IMG/VR virus record: IMGVR_UViG_3300043446_005775
Coordinates: 1 to 64,000 of that record
Reading direction: 5' to 3' (one strand)
Source of the DNA: a virus
DNA length: 64,000 nucleotides
Positions within the stretch are counted from its first letter, which is position 1, and every line of letters begins with the position of its first letter. The notes below the pieces were generated by a model. It did not search any database. It saw nothing but the letters and a program-made list of their open reading frames with translations, and was not told the origin of the DNA. Shown here in pieces: positions 26,393 to 36,562 of the stretch. Made by a program: the position numbers and the translations under genes.

Positions 26393-29300
26393 GATAGTAA
26401 AATCGATCATTGAAATAAGTGATCTTCCTGATGATGAAGAGAGTGATTCGTCAAAAAAACAACCGGCAAGCGACTATCATCATCTCTGGTCCAAGAATAC
26501 TGCAGCGTTCATGGGCATACCGATTGACGAGATATTGCCAGATTGCGTCTCGACAAGCGACAAGATAGCCGCCATGGATCGCTCGTTCATGAACGAGTTT
26601 CATGGGATTCTCAGCCAATCAAGGCAGTCATTCCAGATGATTGATTTGCTCGGGAAAAAAATCCTTTCCTATTCCAAACTATACTGCTATGCCGGGAAGA
26701 AGATACTTCGCGCGGACGACATGCGCATGATGATCGATGTGTTTGCCCGGTCATTTGGCCCAGAAGAGATGAAGACCTTGGCAAAGCTGATGCGCACGAC
26801 CTACAAGGGCATCAAGAGGGAAATGGACAGCCTTCGCGTGTCCAAAAAGCTTGATTTCCCGTATCGTCATCCTTCGCTGTCCATTCATGAGGATTCCATA
26901 TATCCGCACGGACAAGGATCCTACGGCCAGTCGCATTCGTGGGTCTACGGAAAACAATCCTATGTGGAATATACGAATATTATGGCAAAGCCTGAAGGCA
27001 AGGCAATACATCCATTCCTGCTCATAGAAATGCATCTGTCCAAGACTGGCAACAATGGGCTTTCTGTGGAAAGCGGCATCATCGGCCAATCGTTCTCGAT
27101 TGACGGATCAGGAAATATCGAGAAAAACACAAGCAACACGTTATCCTATGCATGGCAGGATTATCTTGAGGAACACATGAAGTCGACATCCTCATGGGCG
27201 CAAAGCACGAGCAAGGATGGAATCAAGAAAGCCTCGATAGAAATTGCGCACCCAAAAGTGGGAATACCATGGTTTTCCGCGGTTGAAACTTCCATGGACA
27301 GCCAATTGATGTTTGATACCGAGAAAAACATGCAGATATTCTTGGGCAAGAGAAAAAAGATCGGGCATCTGACGTATGCCGACACCGCGAACGATGATGC
27401 TGAAAGCCGGTCAAGGCGCCTGCTGGAGTTTCTTGGCAGGTACATCGCATCGGAAATAGTCGCGTATGGCTATGCTTCCCACGCCGGAATGTCCACCCCT
27501 CATTGTTGCGAAGTCCCACCAAACGGTAACCCGTGGTTGTCGTTCCGGGTGTCCGGAAGAATAAGCTCGGTTCCCTCAATCAGTACTGGGCAGTCTGCAT
27601 ATCCGGACAACTACTTGAGCCTGCCGAATGATTCCGAAGACCAAACCAATGGTTATTCGCCCATGCGGGTTGACTGGACACAATTTCAAAAGGAAACGTA
27701 TCACATCGTGGTGCAACCGAGCGTGACAAGATTCATGCATGACGCATTCAATTATCATGTCGATGTGCGAATCTTGCCGAACGGGTCCGGCGCTGCTGTC
27801 GTCCTGTTTTCTGATTCCTTCAATTTCATTGACGAAATGCGCGTCACCATGCCCGATCCGGATCGCGCAACCGTTATTGGCCAGGTGGCGTTGGCAAATG
27901 CGGTTGGAATCCGGAACTCGCCAACCTACGATGATCTTGGATGCAAGGTGCTCCCGGTTCCCATCGCTCTCTCAGAACAACGGACTGCATCAAGATCCTC
28001 ATTTTCCGTTGGCGCCGAACTCTCCGTTTTTGAATCCATGCCTCGTGATTTCATCTCCTATCATATCAATTCCGCATCAACCGTCATGTACAAGACTTCC
28101 GACATGTCGCAGCTGCGCGGAAACATCACGAACGCATTGAAGATGTTCAATACGAGAACCATTGACCAGAATAATCTGAGCAGCTTTATTTCCTGGAATG
28201 ATTTCGGTTCGTATTGCGGAGAGCATTTCATTGAAAATTTCAATGATTCATTCATGAAATCTGCGCATGCCTATTTTACTCCTGCCTCCTTGCAAAGTCT
28301 CCTGAAATCAATGCAGCAGTATTTTTCCGCGCATCAATTGAATGATTTTGGAATACATGACATTCCGGAGGTAAAGGAAAAAAACGAGAATACTTTTGTA
28401 AGCCTTTCACCAAAGACGTTGCTGAAGACATCATCACTGAGCAATGGACTGTCCTATGCTGTCTATCTTGTGCGCCATGTCCCGCATCAATCCGTGACCG
28501 AGTCCATGATCCCGATTGAAAAAACGATGTTCAATTCACTGTTCTCCTTCTACATGACATGTGTGAATCCCAATGGACATGAAATTTGCGTCTATCAGCC
28601 ATCCTTCAACATGAAGGCTGGAAATTATCCGCGCTATGCCTCTCTCGCAGACATTGTATGCGGGTATTTCCCGGACTTCATTTGCTGGATGACAAATGAG
28701 GGGTTGCGACTGCACAAGTCAAGCCAGATCTCCTCCGCTTCCTATGCAAGAATTGCAGAGATGCATAAGGTTGATCCAGCATCCGTTGCGAAGGATATTG
28801 AGATGCCCTTTTCCCCTGATGCATCCATGATCAGCGGCCAGAAGGAGATAGTCAGAAGATGGATTACTTATCATTTCCCGTCATTGGCAATCATTAACCA
28901 AGGCGGACCTCGCAAGGGAGGCTCCATAGTGGATCATCTCATGGAATCGGCGCTTGCCGTAGACACGCCAAGGGGGAAGGACAACTACAGCCCTTCGGAA
29001 AGCCTGAATGATGAAAATGTTGCACGGCTGCTGAGACTTGCAATGCTCCTCCACGATGTTGGGAGAAGCTTTCCGAGCGAAGGCGGTGTTGGCCCGGTGG
29101 AAAAGGGGCATGCGCACTATTCCGCGGCGCTTGCCAGAACCATCCTTTCCCAGTTCTATCTCAAGGAACGGGAAATCGCGGCAATAGAGAAGTGGATCTA
29201 TCATCATGACATCTTCGAAAAAGCAGTCATGGGCGCATATGGAACGATTGATGAGGCATCCCTTCATATCGCAAAAATTGCCGAGACCATAGACGACGCA

Positions 29301-30323
29301 GAGATTCTTTATCATGTCTATCGTTGCGACACGGATTTCCTCGGCAATTACCAGACAGCGGCAAGCATTCGCAGGGATGCCGGGAAACCGCTTCTCGATG
29401 CTGGCGACATACTGGATCGCGCGATCCAGTATATCACGTCAAGTACGCTGTCAAAGGTCTCTCTTCAAAGAAAGAGAGTCTCAAGGACATTCCAGGATGT
29501 GGGAACTTTCTGGTCTGATATTGCCCCCAAGGATACCAACTCGGAGAAAGTCATCAGGTCGCTAAGAATTGGTAGCGACTATGAAATTTCATCCCGACCG
29601 ATAAACAGAACCGCATTCTCGCCTGAATATCTCCTGAAGGCAGAGGCAATCATCAAGGATGTGAACAAGAATACCGATGCGTCATTTGCCAGAGCCTTTG
29701 GGATGTCCTATGATGGAAACACGGGAAGGATAGCGCGGTGCTTCCACTGGGCAAGCATCGATACGGTGCAGACCATATTCCTTGAGGGGATGATGCCATA
29801 CGCATCCATTGATGGAAGAAGCATTTACGCTTCGGTCAACTCTGCATCGCCGCTTCCTGTTCCGCTCTATAACGATGATTACGTGGCTCTTGTCGTCTTC
29901 GATTACCATTGTGGCAATATCATCTCAAAGAAATCCCTTGAGCTCCTCAGCAAGCAATACGTGCAGTGGAAGAAAGCGAAATTGGGAACGTCCGTGTTTT
30001 CCCTGAGCCGCGATGAAAATGACTTGATTGATAACGCAAAAGTGGGGCTTGACCTCGGCTATGCATCCTCCCTTGATTCTCATGCAGGGAAAAAGATACT
30101 TTGCTGCTTCGACACAAACAGGATTGCGCTCATCACGGCAATGGCCGTTCCGATGAAAGTCGCGACAAAAGACCTGTCGCCAAGCTTCAAAGGCTCTCCC
30201 CTGGATTTTTATGGTCGCGCCCATACTGGTCAATTCCGCAAGATCGCCTTGCCTGAATTGTCCTATGAAGATTTGAAAATAGAAGAAGCGAATGATCTTT
30301 GGTTAGGTGACATCAATGAATGA
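26385..30323 (+). CDS. 1312 aa protein with HD phosphohydrolase domain and C-terminal degenerate PARP-like ART fold
   Basis: HD domain (28920-29335): IVDH..LAMLLHDVGR..GHAHYSA..IYHHD..CD. ART-like region (29730-30135): CFHWAS..VQTIFLEG..DGRSIYAS..VVFDYHCG..LGYASS..CCFDTNRI. Confidence 0.85.
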   Translation: MNRIVKSIIEISDLPDDEESDSSKKQPASDYHHLWSKNTAAFMGIPIDEILPDCVSTSDKIAAMDRSFMNEFHGILSQSRQSFQMIDLLGKKILSYSKLYCYAGKKILRADDMRMMIDVFARSFGPEEMKTLAKLMRTTYKGIKREMDSLRVSKKLDFPYRHPSLSIHEDSIYPHGQGSYGQSHSWVYGKQSYVEYTNIMAKPEGKAIHPFLLIEMHLSKTGNNGLSVESGIIGQSFSIDGSGNIEKNTSNTLSYAWQDYLEEHMKSTSSWAQSTSKDGIKKASIEIAHPKVGIPWFSAVETSMDSQLMFDTEKNMQIFLGKRKKIGHLTYADTANDDAESRSRRLLEFLGRYIASEIVAYGYASHAGMSTPHCCEVPPNGNPWLSFRVSGRISSVPSISTGQSAYPDNYLSLPNDSEDQTNGYSPMRVDWTQFQKETYHIVVQPSVTRFMHDAFNYHVDVRILPNGSGAAVVLFSDSFNFIDEMRVTMPDPDRATVIGQVALANAVGIRNSPTYDDLGCKVLPVPIALSEQRTASRSSFSVGAELSVFESMPRDFISYHINSASTVMYKTSDMSQLRGNITNALKMFNTRTIDQNNLSSFISWNDFGSYCGEHFIENFNDSFMKSAHAYFTPASLQSLLKSMQQYFSAHQLNDFGIHDIPEVKEKNENTFVSLSPKTLLKTSSLSNGLSYAVYLVRHVPHQSVTESMIPIEKTMFNSLFSFYMTCVNPNGHEICVYQPSFNMKAGNYPRYASLADIVCGYFPDFICWMTNEGLRLHKSSQISSASYARIAEMHKVDPASVAKDIEMPFSPDASMISGQKEIVRRWITYHFPSLAIINQGGPRKGGSIVDHLMESALAVDTPRGKDNYSPSESLNDENVARLLRLAMLLHDVGRSFPSEGGVGPVEKGHAHYSAALARTILSQFYLKEREIAAIEKWIYHHDIFEKAVMGAYGTIDEASLHIAKIAETIDDAEILYHVYRCDTDFLGNYQTAASIRRDAGKPLLDAGDILDRAIQYITSSTLSKVSLQRKRVSRTFQDVGTFWSDIAPKDTNSEKVIRSLRIGSDYEISSRPINRTAFSPEYLLKAEAIIKDVNKNTDASFARAFGMSYDGNTGRIARCFHWASIDTVQTIFLEGMMPYASIDGRSIYASVNSASPLPVPLYNDDYVALVVFDYHCGNIISKKSLELLSKQYVQWKKAKLGTSVFSLSRDENDLIDNAKVGLDLGYASSLDSHAGKKILCCFDTNRIALITAMAVPMKVATKDLSPSFKGSPLDFYGRAHTGQFRKIALPELSYEDLKIEEANDLWLGDINE

Positions 30324-30978
30324 TAGGATGGAACGCTATGTCAATGATGACAAGTCCGCATTGATTGAGAAATACTCATCAATGATTCCCGTGAATATCA
30401 TGAACAGAAGCAAGGATTCATCCACCTACACCATCCTGTTGGGAATAGAGCGGCTTGATCTCCCTAAACTGACATCGGGCGATGCCGTTGTTTGGTGGTA
30501 TTGCATCCAGCTGAAGACGTGCAAGACGTGCGTCTTTCTTTCGGAAAAACAAAAGGAATTCCCGTATCAGATGTGCAACAATCCGAAGATATCCATTCGC
30601 CTGTTTGAAATCATTTCACGAAGCATGTCGACTTGTGATGAGTGGCATGCGGGGTTTTCTGAAGAGCGCATCGAAAGCGAACGATCAATGGGATATTCGG
30701 AGAACCTTTACGTTCTTGCGGCATTGATCAAGATGGGCCTCCGAGACATGCCGAAAAATATTCCCATACCTGCAATTGGAGCGGTAAAAATGTTACAGTT
30801 TTCCATAGAGCTTGCCGCTGCCGCGGACATCCATAACGCCATTGTTCATGAATACGTACAATTGTGTGTCTTGAAGCGATCTGGACATGATATTGACGAT
30901 GAATATTTTTCCGTTGTTTCACAAAGGGAATTGCCCTTGATACAAGGGAATAAATTCAATACCAATCTGCTACTATGA
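30316..30978 (+). CDS. Hypothetical protein with four-Cys cluster (possible Zn/Fe-S site)
   Basis: CKTC..MCNNP..TCDEW; the ATG at 30316 follows AGGTG and overlaps the upstream gene end. Confidence 0.75.
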   Translation: MNDRMERYVNDDKSALIEKYSSMIPVNIMNRSKDSSTYTILLGIERLDLPKLTSGDAVVWWYCIQLKTCKTCVFLSEKQKEFPYQMCNNPKISIRLFEIISRSMSTCDEWHAGFSEERIESERSMGYSENLYVLAALIKMGLRDMPKNIPIPAIGAVKMLQFSIELAAAADIHNAIVHEYVQLCVLKRSGHDIDDEYFSVVSQRELPLIQGNKFNTNLLL

Positions 30979-30997
30979 AAATTGTCCGGAGAAGAAG

Positions 30998-33900
30998 ATG
31001 GTTCAGTTGACAAAAGAGACTTCCTGGTCGGGAAAATGGGATGAGGAAAATGACCGCGCTTCCCTGGAGCAGGAGAAGCGACGGATCGCTGCGTTATCAA
31101 AAAGAATTGGCAGGATGGTCACCTCGGCAGATTTCGAGCTTCTCGCTGGCCCGAAGGCAACGAGAGCCGGGATTGAGCAGGCGCTAGGGCAGACGCTTGA
31201 CAGTGGCCCCAACGAACGCGTCGGACAGGCTGACCTCATGATCCTGCTTCGCCGAATGGACAAGGCAATAAGGAAAAGCCTTCCGCTCGAAGCGCACGGC
31301 AACTCCGCGTTTCCAGTTCGTGATGAACGCTACCGTCGGCCAGATGGAACAGTAAATGAGCATCAAGGGGAACATACGGATCGTTACCTTGCCGGGATTG
31401 CAAACAACCATGGCGAAGAGGCAGCAAATGAAGTTCGCCAAGCCATCCAGAGGGGCGATGTCCTGAAGGTTGCAAACAAGTACAAGAGAGATCGCGTTCA
31501 GGAGGGCACACGGGCAAGCGAAGACTCCGAATCCGATGATTGCGAGCATCCGGGCGGCGATATTGACGGGTTCATTCATCCCGAGTATCGAGCTAGAGGA
31601 TGGGATCCGGACACGAAGGCTTTCCAGGCAGAATATGCCGGTATGGGGGTTCGTGATTACTATTCCGAAATGTATTCACGCCTTTATCCCAAGGAAATTT
31701 CGGACCAGATCGTGCAGGGATTGTTTGGTGATCGGAATGAGGAGAATTCAAGGCCCCCCGACATGAAGCAAATACGCAGGGAGCGTCCCAGAAGACAGAA
31801 ATTGGATATGCCCAGCTATTCCGATGATGAATGGGAAGGCCTTCTGAACCAAGATCCCGGAAGACGCGCAGGGCGGCGGATCTATGGAGATGCTGAGCGG
31901 GATATCTATTCCAATGATCCAAGAGATGACCAGTCACCGGAGGATGATGAATCTCCCCGGGAGCAGCAATCAATTCCCACTGAAGAGAATCCCACTCCTG
32001 ATGGTGGCCCGATTGAAGAAACAAGCACTGACGAACACCAGCAACATCGAAAGGATCCCAACTTCGTCAGGATTGATGACCTGTCTCCATTCCGTGGTTT
32101 CATCAAGAAGGCGCGACAATATCTCAAGACAAAAAGCGATGTTGCTCCGGGAAAGCAATCCCATGCATTGTCACGTGCTCTTTTGCGCGGGGAACTCACA
32201 ACAAGGGCGCTCCCTTCCATCAGGGCGCAGGCCACGAAGGAGGCTATCAACAACAATGTCCGCTCACAGGTGAATCAGAACGAGGATCCTTTGGAGGGAA
32301 TGAACAAGAGAACACTCGGGAAATACTACCGGATGGCCATACAGAGGATCTTTTCCGCGGCAAAAAAGCAAGCAGGAAACAGGAAGCGTGTTCAGCGCCA
32401 AGAACAAAGTCAGCGAACCAAGACATACATGAGAATGCCTGAAACGCGTCCATCACTCACTCAGGAAGGTACAGGCAGGGCAGTTGCCCCTAATGCCTCC
32501 TCGTCCGTGTCCACGAACAGTGGCCCAATTATTCCTCGGGAATACAAGGATGCGTTGCAAGAATACAATGACGAGTATTACTTGCCTTACGACACTGACA
32601 ATTTTCATAACCTGACGGAACTGGGCTTGGTCGATGAGGACGGGAATTGGGTAAGCAAAAAAATGGCACCCGTTCTCAAGGAAAATGGATTCTGGGAGAT
32701 TGAATCCGTAGGCGAAACGCAAAAGTCCTTGATCGGCAGAATGCGCAAGGCTTTGCGAAAAGCCGAGGATGCGACGCGACCCTTGGCCGTGGAACATGTT
32801 GTCGTAAGTGATAAGTATACGTCACGGAAACCGACTTATCTTGATTCGTTCCCGCCTTCCGGAAGACAATCCTCACCTGATGACGGCGATGTCCGGGATT
32901 TGACCGGCCGTGGCTCAGATAACCAAAAGCTGGTGGATACAGCTGGACTCCAGAACAGGCGTGACAGCTTTTGGCAAAGCGGATCAACGGCGCTGCCGAG
33001 TATTGCGCCAAACAGGTCGCCTGATCCGAACAAGAAAGATCGATTGCTCTCCTACAATCGGGATACCGATGCATGGGAAGGAAAGCTGACGCGTGTTCAT
33101 TCGGGAATTCTCCATCCCGCAGTGGCGCTTGGGAAATTTGGCTATGACTTGGCTCGGGCTGGCATTGCTGGCCTTACAACGGTTGATCTCAATGATGTGG
33201 GACACCTCGCCAATAATGCGGCAAAGGATGCCACCAGTGTCGCACAGGATACACTTGCCGGACTTGGCTCGGGACTCAAGCGCACAAAGGATTGGGTCAA
33301 GCAGACCATAGGGCCAAAACTGGGATTCGGACCGGATCAGAGCACTGCCAAGGAAACAGTTGGGGACGGTGCCACGAATCCTTACGGCGCTGAGGTGACG
33401 GGAATTGGCGGGGAAGCGCCACACAACAGCATGAGCACTCAGGATCTTTGGGATAGTAGCGATCCCGTGCACAAGGCCGCACTCATTGATCGGCTCAGGC
33501 AGCATCCTCGCACTCGGGCCAAATGGGATAGATGGAATAACGCCGTCCCTGGACCAAGAAAGGATGCCGCAAGGCAAGAACTGAATGCAGCCGTGGCAGA
33601 TCTGATCGAAGAAGAGAAGGCCGCTGCGCATAAAAATACACCCGATCAACAAAGGATCGAGAGAGCACGGAGTCGGGAAGACGTAAGAAAGCTATCTATG
33701 GAAGAGCCGCAGTTACTTGCCGGAATCCTCAGCAACTGGATGAGGGCTGGAGATGCTGTGCCCGATCCAGGAGCTCCAAAAGATGCCAACCCTAGGTACC
33801 AGCGAACATTAACCAAAGATGAGCAGGTAAAACTCAGGCAAAAAATGCTCGAAAATCCTGAGTTAGGAGCGTCCATTGCGCAATCATTGCTTGCTGGCAT

Positions 33901-36544
33901 GAGAAAGAAGCCGACCACAACGCGTGATCCTAAGGCTCAGGCAGCACAAGACACAAAAATAGCATTGCTAACTAAAATTGCAAAAGGCGACCCCTCGTCG
34001 GGGTTGTATAACGCCCTCATGGAAATTATCAATCAGATGGCCACCGGCACTGGAGACACGAATCCAAATGCGATTGACTCAACTACTACTGATTCAGCTG
34101 TTCAAGCAGAGCAAAACGCACGAATGAGCGCAGAGATTGACCTCAGAGAACACAGCAAAAATCATGGCGTCGAATCAAAACAATTCCTGGATGCCGCTAA
34201 TCGGCATCCAGAAATACAAAGAATAGACGATTTGATCGATGAGAGAAAACAACAGATAGGCGCAGCGGGAGGAGGGAACCGTGGAGCAGTACAAGAGCTG
34301 AGAGATACTTTGAATGTTCTTCAGCAAAGAAGAGCCGAAACCATACAAAGATTCAAGGAACAATTCAAGCCGAGGGCCCCTGAAGAGGCGCAGGCTGAAC
34401 TTGACGCTCCTGTTACAGTCTCTCCTGATCTAGAGTCTACACTCAGAACCAATGGCGATAGATTTGGCGTTGACTCAGTGGAATTTCTTGATTCCGCTAA
34501 TAACCATCCAGAAGTAAAAAATTTAAACGACTTGATTATTGCTCTAAAGCAGGAACTAAGAACGATGGGATTGAGCGCGGATCCTAATGAAAAAGCGAAG
34601 AAGAAGAAAGATTTGGAAGCTCTTCAGGAACAAAGATCCGAGGCCATAAAAAAATTGCAGGAACAATTCAGGCCCAAGACCGCTAAAGAGGTGACAGAAG
34701 AGGCAACAAGACTTATGGCTGGGGATGGTCCGCCAGTAAATGCAACTCCTGAGATGAGGGCAGCGGCAGAAGCATGGTTGGCCAGTATGCTCGCTGGTCG
34801 TGGTGCACCCCCTGTTGCACCCCCTGCTGGTGGTGAACTCCCTGCTGGTGAACGCCCTGCTGGTGAACTCCCTGCTGAACGCCCTGTTGATGGTGCCGCT
34901 GTTGATGGTGCCGCTGCTGGTGAATCCGATGGTGTTAAACCCGCTGCTGCTGATGCCGCTGCTGGTGAATCCGATGGTGTTAAACCCGCTGCTGCTGATG
35001 CTGCTGGTGGTGTATCCGAGCCCCAAAACTTCTCCGGGCAAGACCTTAACGGTCGTGATTTCTCGGGACAGGATTTGACAGGTGCCAACCTGTCCAGTGC
35101 CAACTTGACCAATGCCAAACTGCCCAATGCCAAACTGTCCGGTGCCGATCTGACAGGTGCCAACCTGTCCAGTGCCAATCTGACCAATGCCGACCTGCCC
35201 GGTGCCAAACTGCCCGGTGCCCACCTGCGCGATGCCGACCTGCGTCGTGCCGACCTGACTGGGGCCGATCTGACCGGGGCCAGACTGGCCGGGGCCAAAC
35301 TGACCGGGGCCAGCCTGACCGGGGCCAACTTCACGGATGCCGACCTGACTGGTGCCGACCTGAAGTATGTCGTCCTGCTGGATGTTAACCTGACTGGCGC
35401 CGACCTGACTGGTGTCTCCCTGTCTGGGGCAAACACGATGGGTGCCTACACGCTAGACGACTCTGGTAAAAAAGTTCGATTCGTTGCTCCGGTTAGCGGT
35501 GGTACCTCTACCACTCCTGCAGATGTTGAAAACGTTGCAAGAACGGCTTTGGAAAATATGGGACCCGGTGGTGATGGCAAAACTGACGATCCTGTAGATC
35601 TGGTCAACGTCGATATAAGCGGCATGACTCCAGAGCAGTTGCAAGCACACAAGGAAGCCATAGAAAAAGAAATGGATGAAGAATCCAAACGGCTGGGGAA
35701 TCAATTTGGTGGAAGATGGCATTTCGCACCCCAGGAAGAGAGAAAGAGACTAAATGCCCTTTCTTTGGCGCATACGTTTGCCATAAGGGCGATCAACGAC
35801 AGGCGTTCTACTCCTCCTCCTCCTGCCGCTGTTGAAACCGCTGTTGAACGCCCTGCTGAACTCACTCCTGAAAAGGTTGCAAGTGCGACTTTGGGCGATC
35901 TGGAACCTACTAAAGATGTAGTTGATGTCGATATAAGTGACATGAATGAAAGTCAATTAAAAAGACACTTGAAAAACATAAACGACGAAATGACAAAGAT
36001 TTCCGCAGAAATCATGAATCTTCCTAATCAATGGAAAAGCGCAAGCATGGAACAAATAGCGAGGATCAATGCCCTTGAGGGGGCACGTGTGGATGCGGAC
36101 AAAAAAGCAAGGAGTTTTAGACCTGTTGGAGTTGCGACAGCAGCAACACGTCAACCCACGTCACCTGAGGAAATTGCCTCGCTCCTCAACAGAACCGGCG
36201 CTAGGCGTCCTGACACCGCCGAAAGTCTGCGCCCAACACTGGAGACCAGTCCTGTATCCATGGAACAACTTGAGACGCAAGTGGCGTTACTTCCCGAAGC
36301 GGACAGATCAGCCATGCGGGAGTCTATCGCACAATTGAGAACTTATCAAGCTGCGGTGGACGCCGCGACGGATCCAGAAGAAAGAGCTGCTTACCAAGAA
36401 GAAGTAAATAGAATGATTGAGGCTTTGCGAACGAAGGGAATTCTGAAGAGTTCATTATCAAGAAAAATGCCGAGGAAGTTCTCAAAGTCATCCCTGTCAA
36501 ATGATCCCAAAAGACTCATCATGTCAATCTACAATTCATTATAA
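30998..36544 (+). CDS. 1848 aa largely disordered/helical protein with pentapeptide-repeat domain; probable internal virion protein
   Basis: GGAG RBS; 28 pentapeptide repeats, internal duplications, and K-S/K-A motif clusters at the N-terminus, near 32715-32765 and at the C-terminus. Confidence 0.85.
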   Translation: MVQLTKETSWSGKWDEENDRASLEQEKRRIAALSKRIGRMVTSADFELLAGPKATRAGIEQALGQTLDSGPNERVGQADLMILLRRMDKAIRKSLPLEAHGNSAFPVRDERYRRPDGTVNEHQGEHTDRYLAGIANNHGEEAANEVRQAIQRGDVLKVANKYKRDRVQEGTRASEDSESDDCEHPGGDIDGFIHPEYRARGWDPDTKAFQAEYAGMGVRDYYSEMYSRLYPKEISDQIVQGLFGDRNEENSRPPDMKQIRRERPRRQKLDMPSYSDDEWEGLLNQDPGRRAGRRIYGDAERDIYSNDPRDDQSPEDDESPREQQSIPTEENPTPDGGPIEETSTDEHQQHRKDPNFVRIDDLSPFRGFIKKARQYLKTKSDVAPGKQSHALSRALLRGELTTRALPSIRAQATKEAINNNVRSQVNQNEDPLEGMNKRTLGKYYRMAIQRIFSAAKKQAGNRKRVQRQEQSQRTKTYMRMPETRPSLTQEGTGRAVAPNASSSVSTNSGPIIPREYKDALQEYNDEYYLPYDTDNFHNLTELGLVDEDGNWVSKKMAPVLKENGFWEIESVGETQKSLIGRMRKALRKAEDATRPLAVEHVVVSDKYTSRKPTYLDSFPPSGRQSSPDDGDVRDLTGRGSDNQKLVDTAGLQNRRDSFWQSGSTALPSIAPNRSPDPNKKDRLLSYNRDTDAWEGKLTRVHSGILHPAVALGKFGYDLARAGIAGLTTVDLNDVGHLANNAAKDATSVAQDTLAGLGSGLKRTKDWVKQTIGPKLGFGPDQSTAKETVGDGATNPYGAEVTGIGGEAPHNSMSTQDLWDSSDPVHKAALIDRLRQHPRTRAKWDRWNNAVPGPRKDAARQELNAAVADLIEEEKAAAHKNTPDQQRIERARSREDVRKLSMEEPQLLAGILSNWMRAGDAVPDPGAPKDANPRYQRTLTKDEQVKLRQKMLENPELGASIAQSLLAGMRKKPTTTRDPKAQAAQDTKIALLTKIAKGDPSSGLYNALMEIINQMATGTGDTNPNAIDSTTTDSAVQAEQNARMSAEIDLREHSKNHGVESKQFLDAANRHPEIQRIDDLIDERKQQIGAAGGGNRGAVQELRDTLNVLQQRRAETIQRFKEQFKPRAPEEAQAELDAPVTVSPDLESTLRTNGDRFGVDSVEFLDSANNHPEVKNLNDLIIALKQELRTMGLSADPNEKAKKKKDLEALQEQRSEAIKKLQEQFRPKTAKEVTEEATRLMAGDGPPVNATPEMRAAAEAWLASMLAGRGAPPVAPPAGGELPAGERPAGELPAERPVDGAAVDGAAAGESDGVKPAAADAAAGESDGVKPAAADAAGGVSEPQNFSGQDLNGRDFSGQDLTGANLSSANLTNAKLPNAKLSGADLTGANLSSANLTNADLPGAKLPGAHLRDADLRRADLTGADLTGARLAGAKLTGASLTGANFTDADLTGADLKYVVLLDVNLTGADLTGVSLSGANTMGAYTLDDSGKKVRFVAPVSGGTSTTPADVENVARTALENMGPGGDGKTDDPVDLVNVDISGMTPEQLQAHKEAIEKEMDEESKRLGNQFGGRWHFAPQEERKRLNALSLAHTFAIRAINDRRSTPPPPAAVETAVERPAELTPEKVASATLGDLEPTKDVVDVDISDMNESQLKRHLKNINDEMTKISAEIMNLPNQWKSASMEQIARINALEGARVDADKKARSFRPVGVATAATRQPTSPEEIASLLNRTGARRPDTAESLRPTLETSPVSMEQLETQVALLPEADRSAMRESIAQLRTYQAAVDAATDPEERAAYQEEVNRMIEALRTKGILKSSLSRKMPRKFSKSSLSNDPKRLIMSIYNSL
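34910..34999 (+). repeat. Perfect 45-bp tandem duplication (AAAGESDGVKPAAAD x2) within a 15-bp-unit low-complexity tract
   Basis: gccgctgctggtgaatccgatggtgttaaacccgctgctgctgat occurs at 34910 and 34955. Confidence 0.95.
35024..35443 (+). repeat. Pentapeptide repeat array A(D/N)Lxx, 28 units
   Basis: QNFSG QDLNG RDFSG QDLTG ANLSS ANLTN ... ADLTG VSLSG ANTMG. Confidence 0.97.
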
Positions 36545-36562
36545 TTGTGCAAGGAGAAAGCA

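Noticed and set aside
34556-35436. Repetitive minus-strand and alternate-frame ORFs (222, 270 and 92 aa)
   Set aside because: Shadows of the pentapeptide and Ala/Gly repeats.
34800-35443. Possible CRISPR array or other non-coding repeat
   Set aside because: Units are multiples of 3 (15, 45 and 75 bp), in frame and lack unique spacers, so they are coding repeats.
5-36544. Alternative genetic code or readthrough as the cause of the giant ORFs
   Set aside because: The ORFs are fully open in the standard code, and TAA, TAG and TGA all end genes that are followed by proper RBS/start sites.
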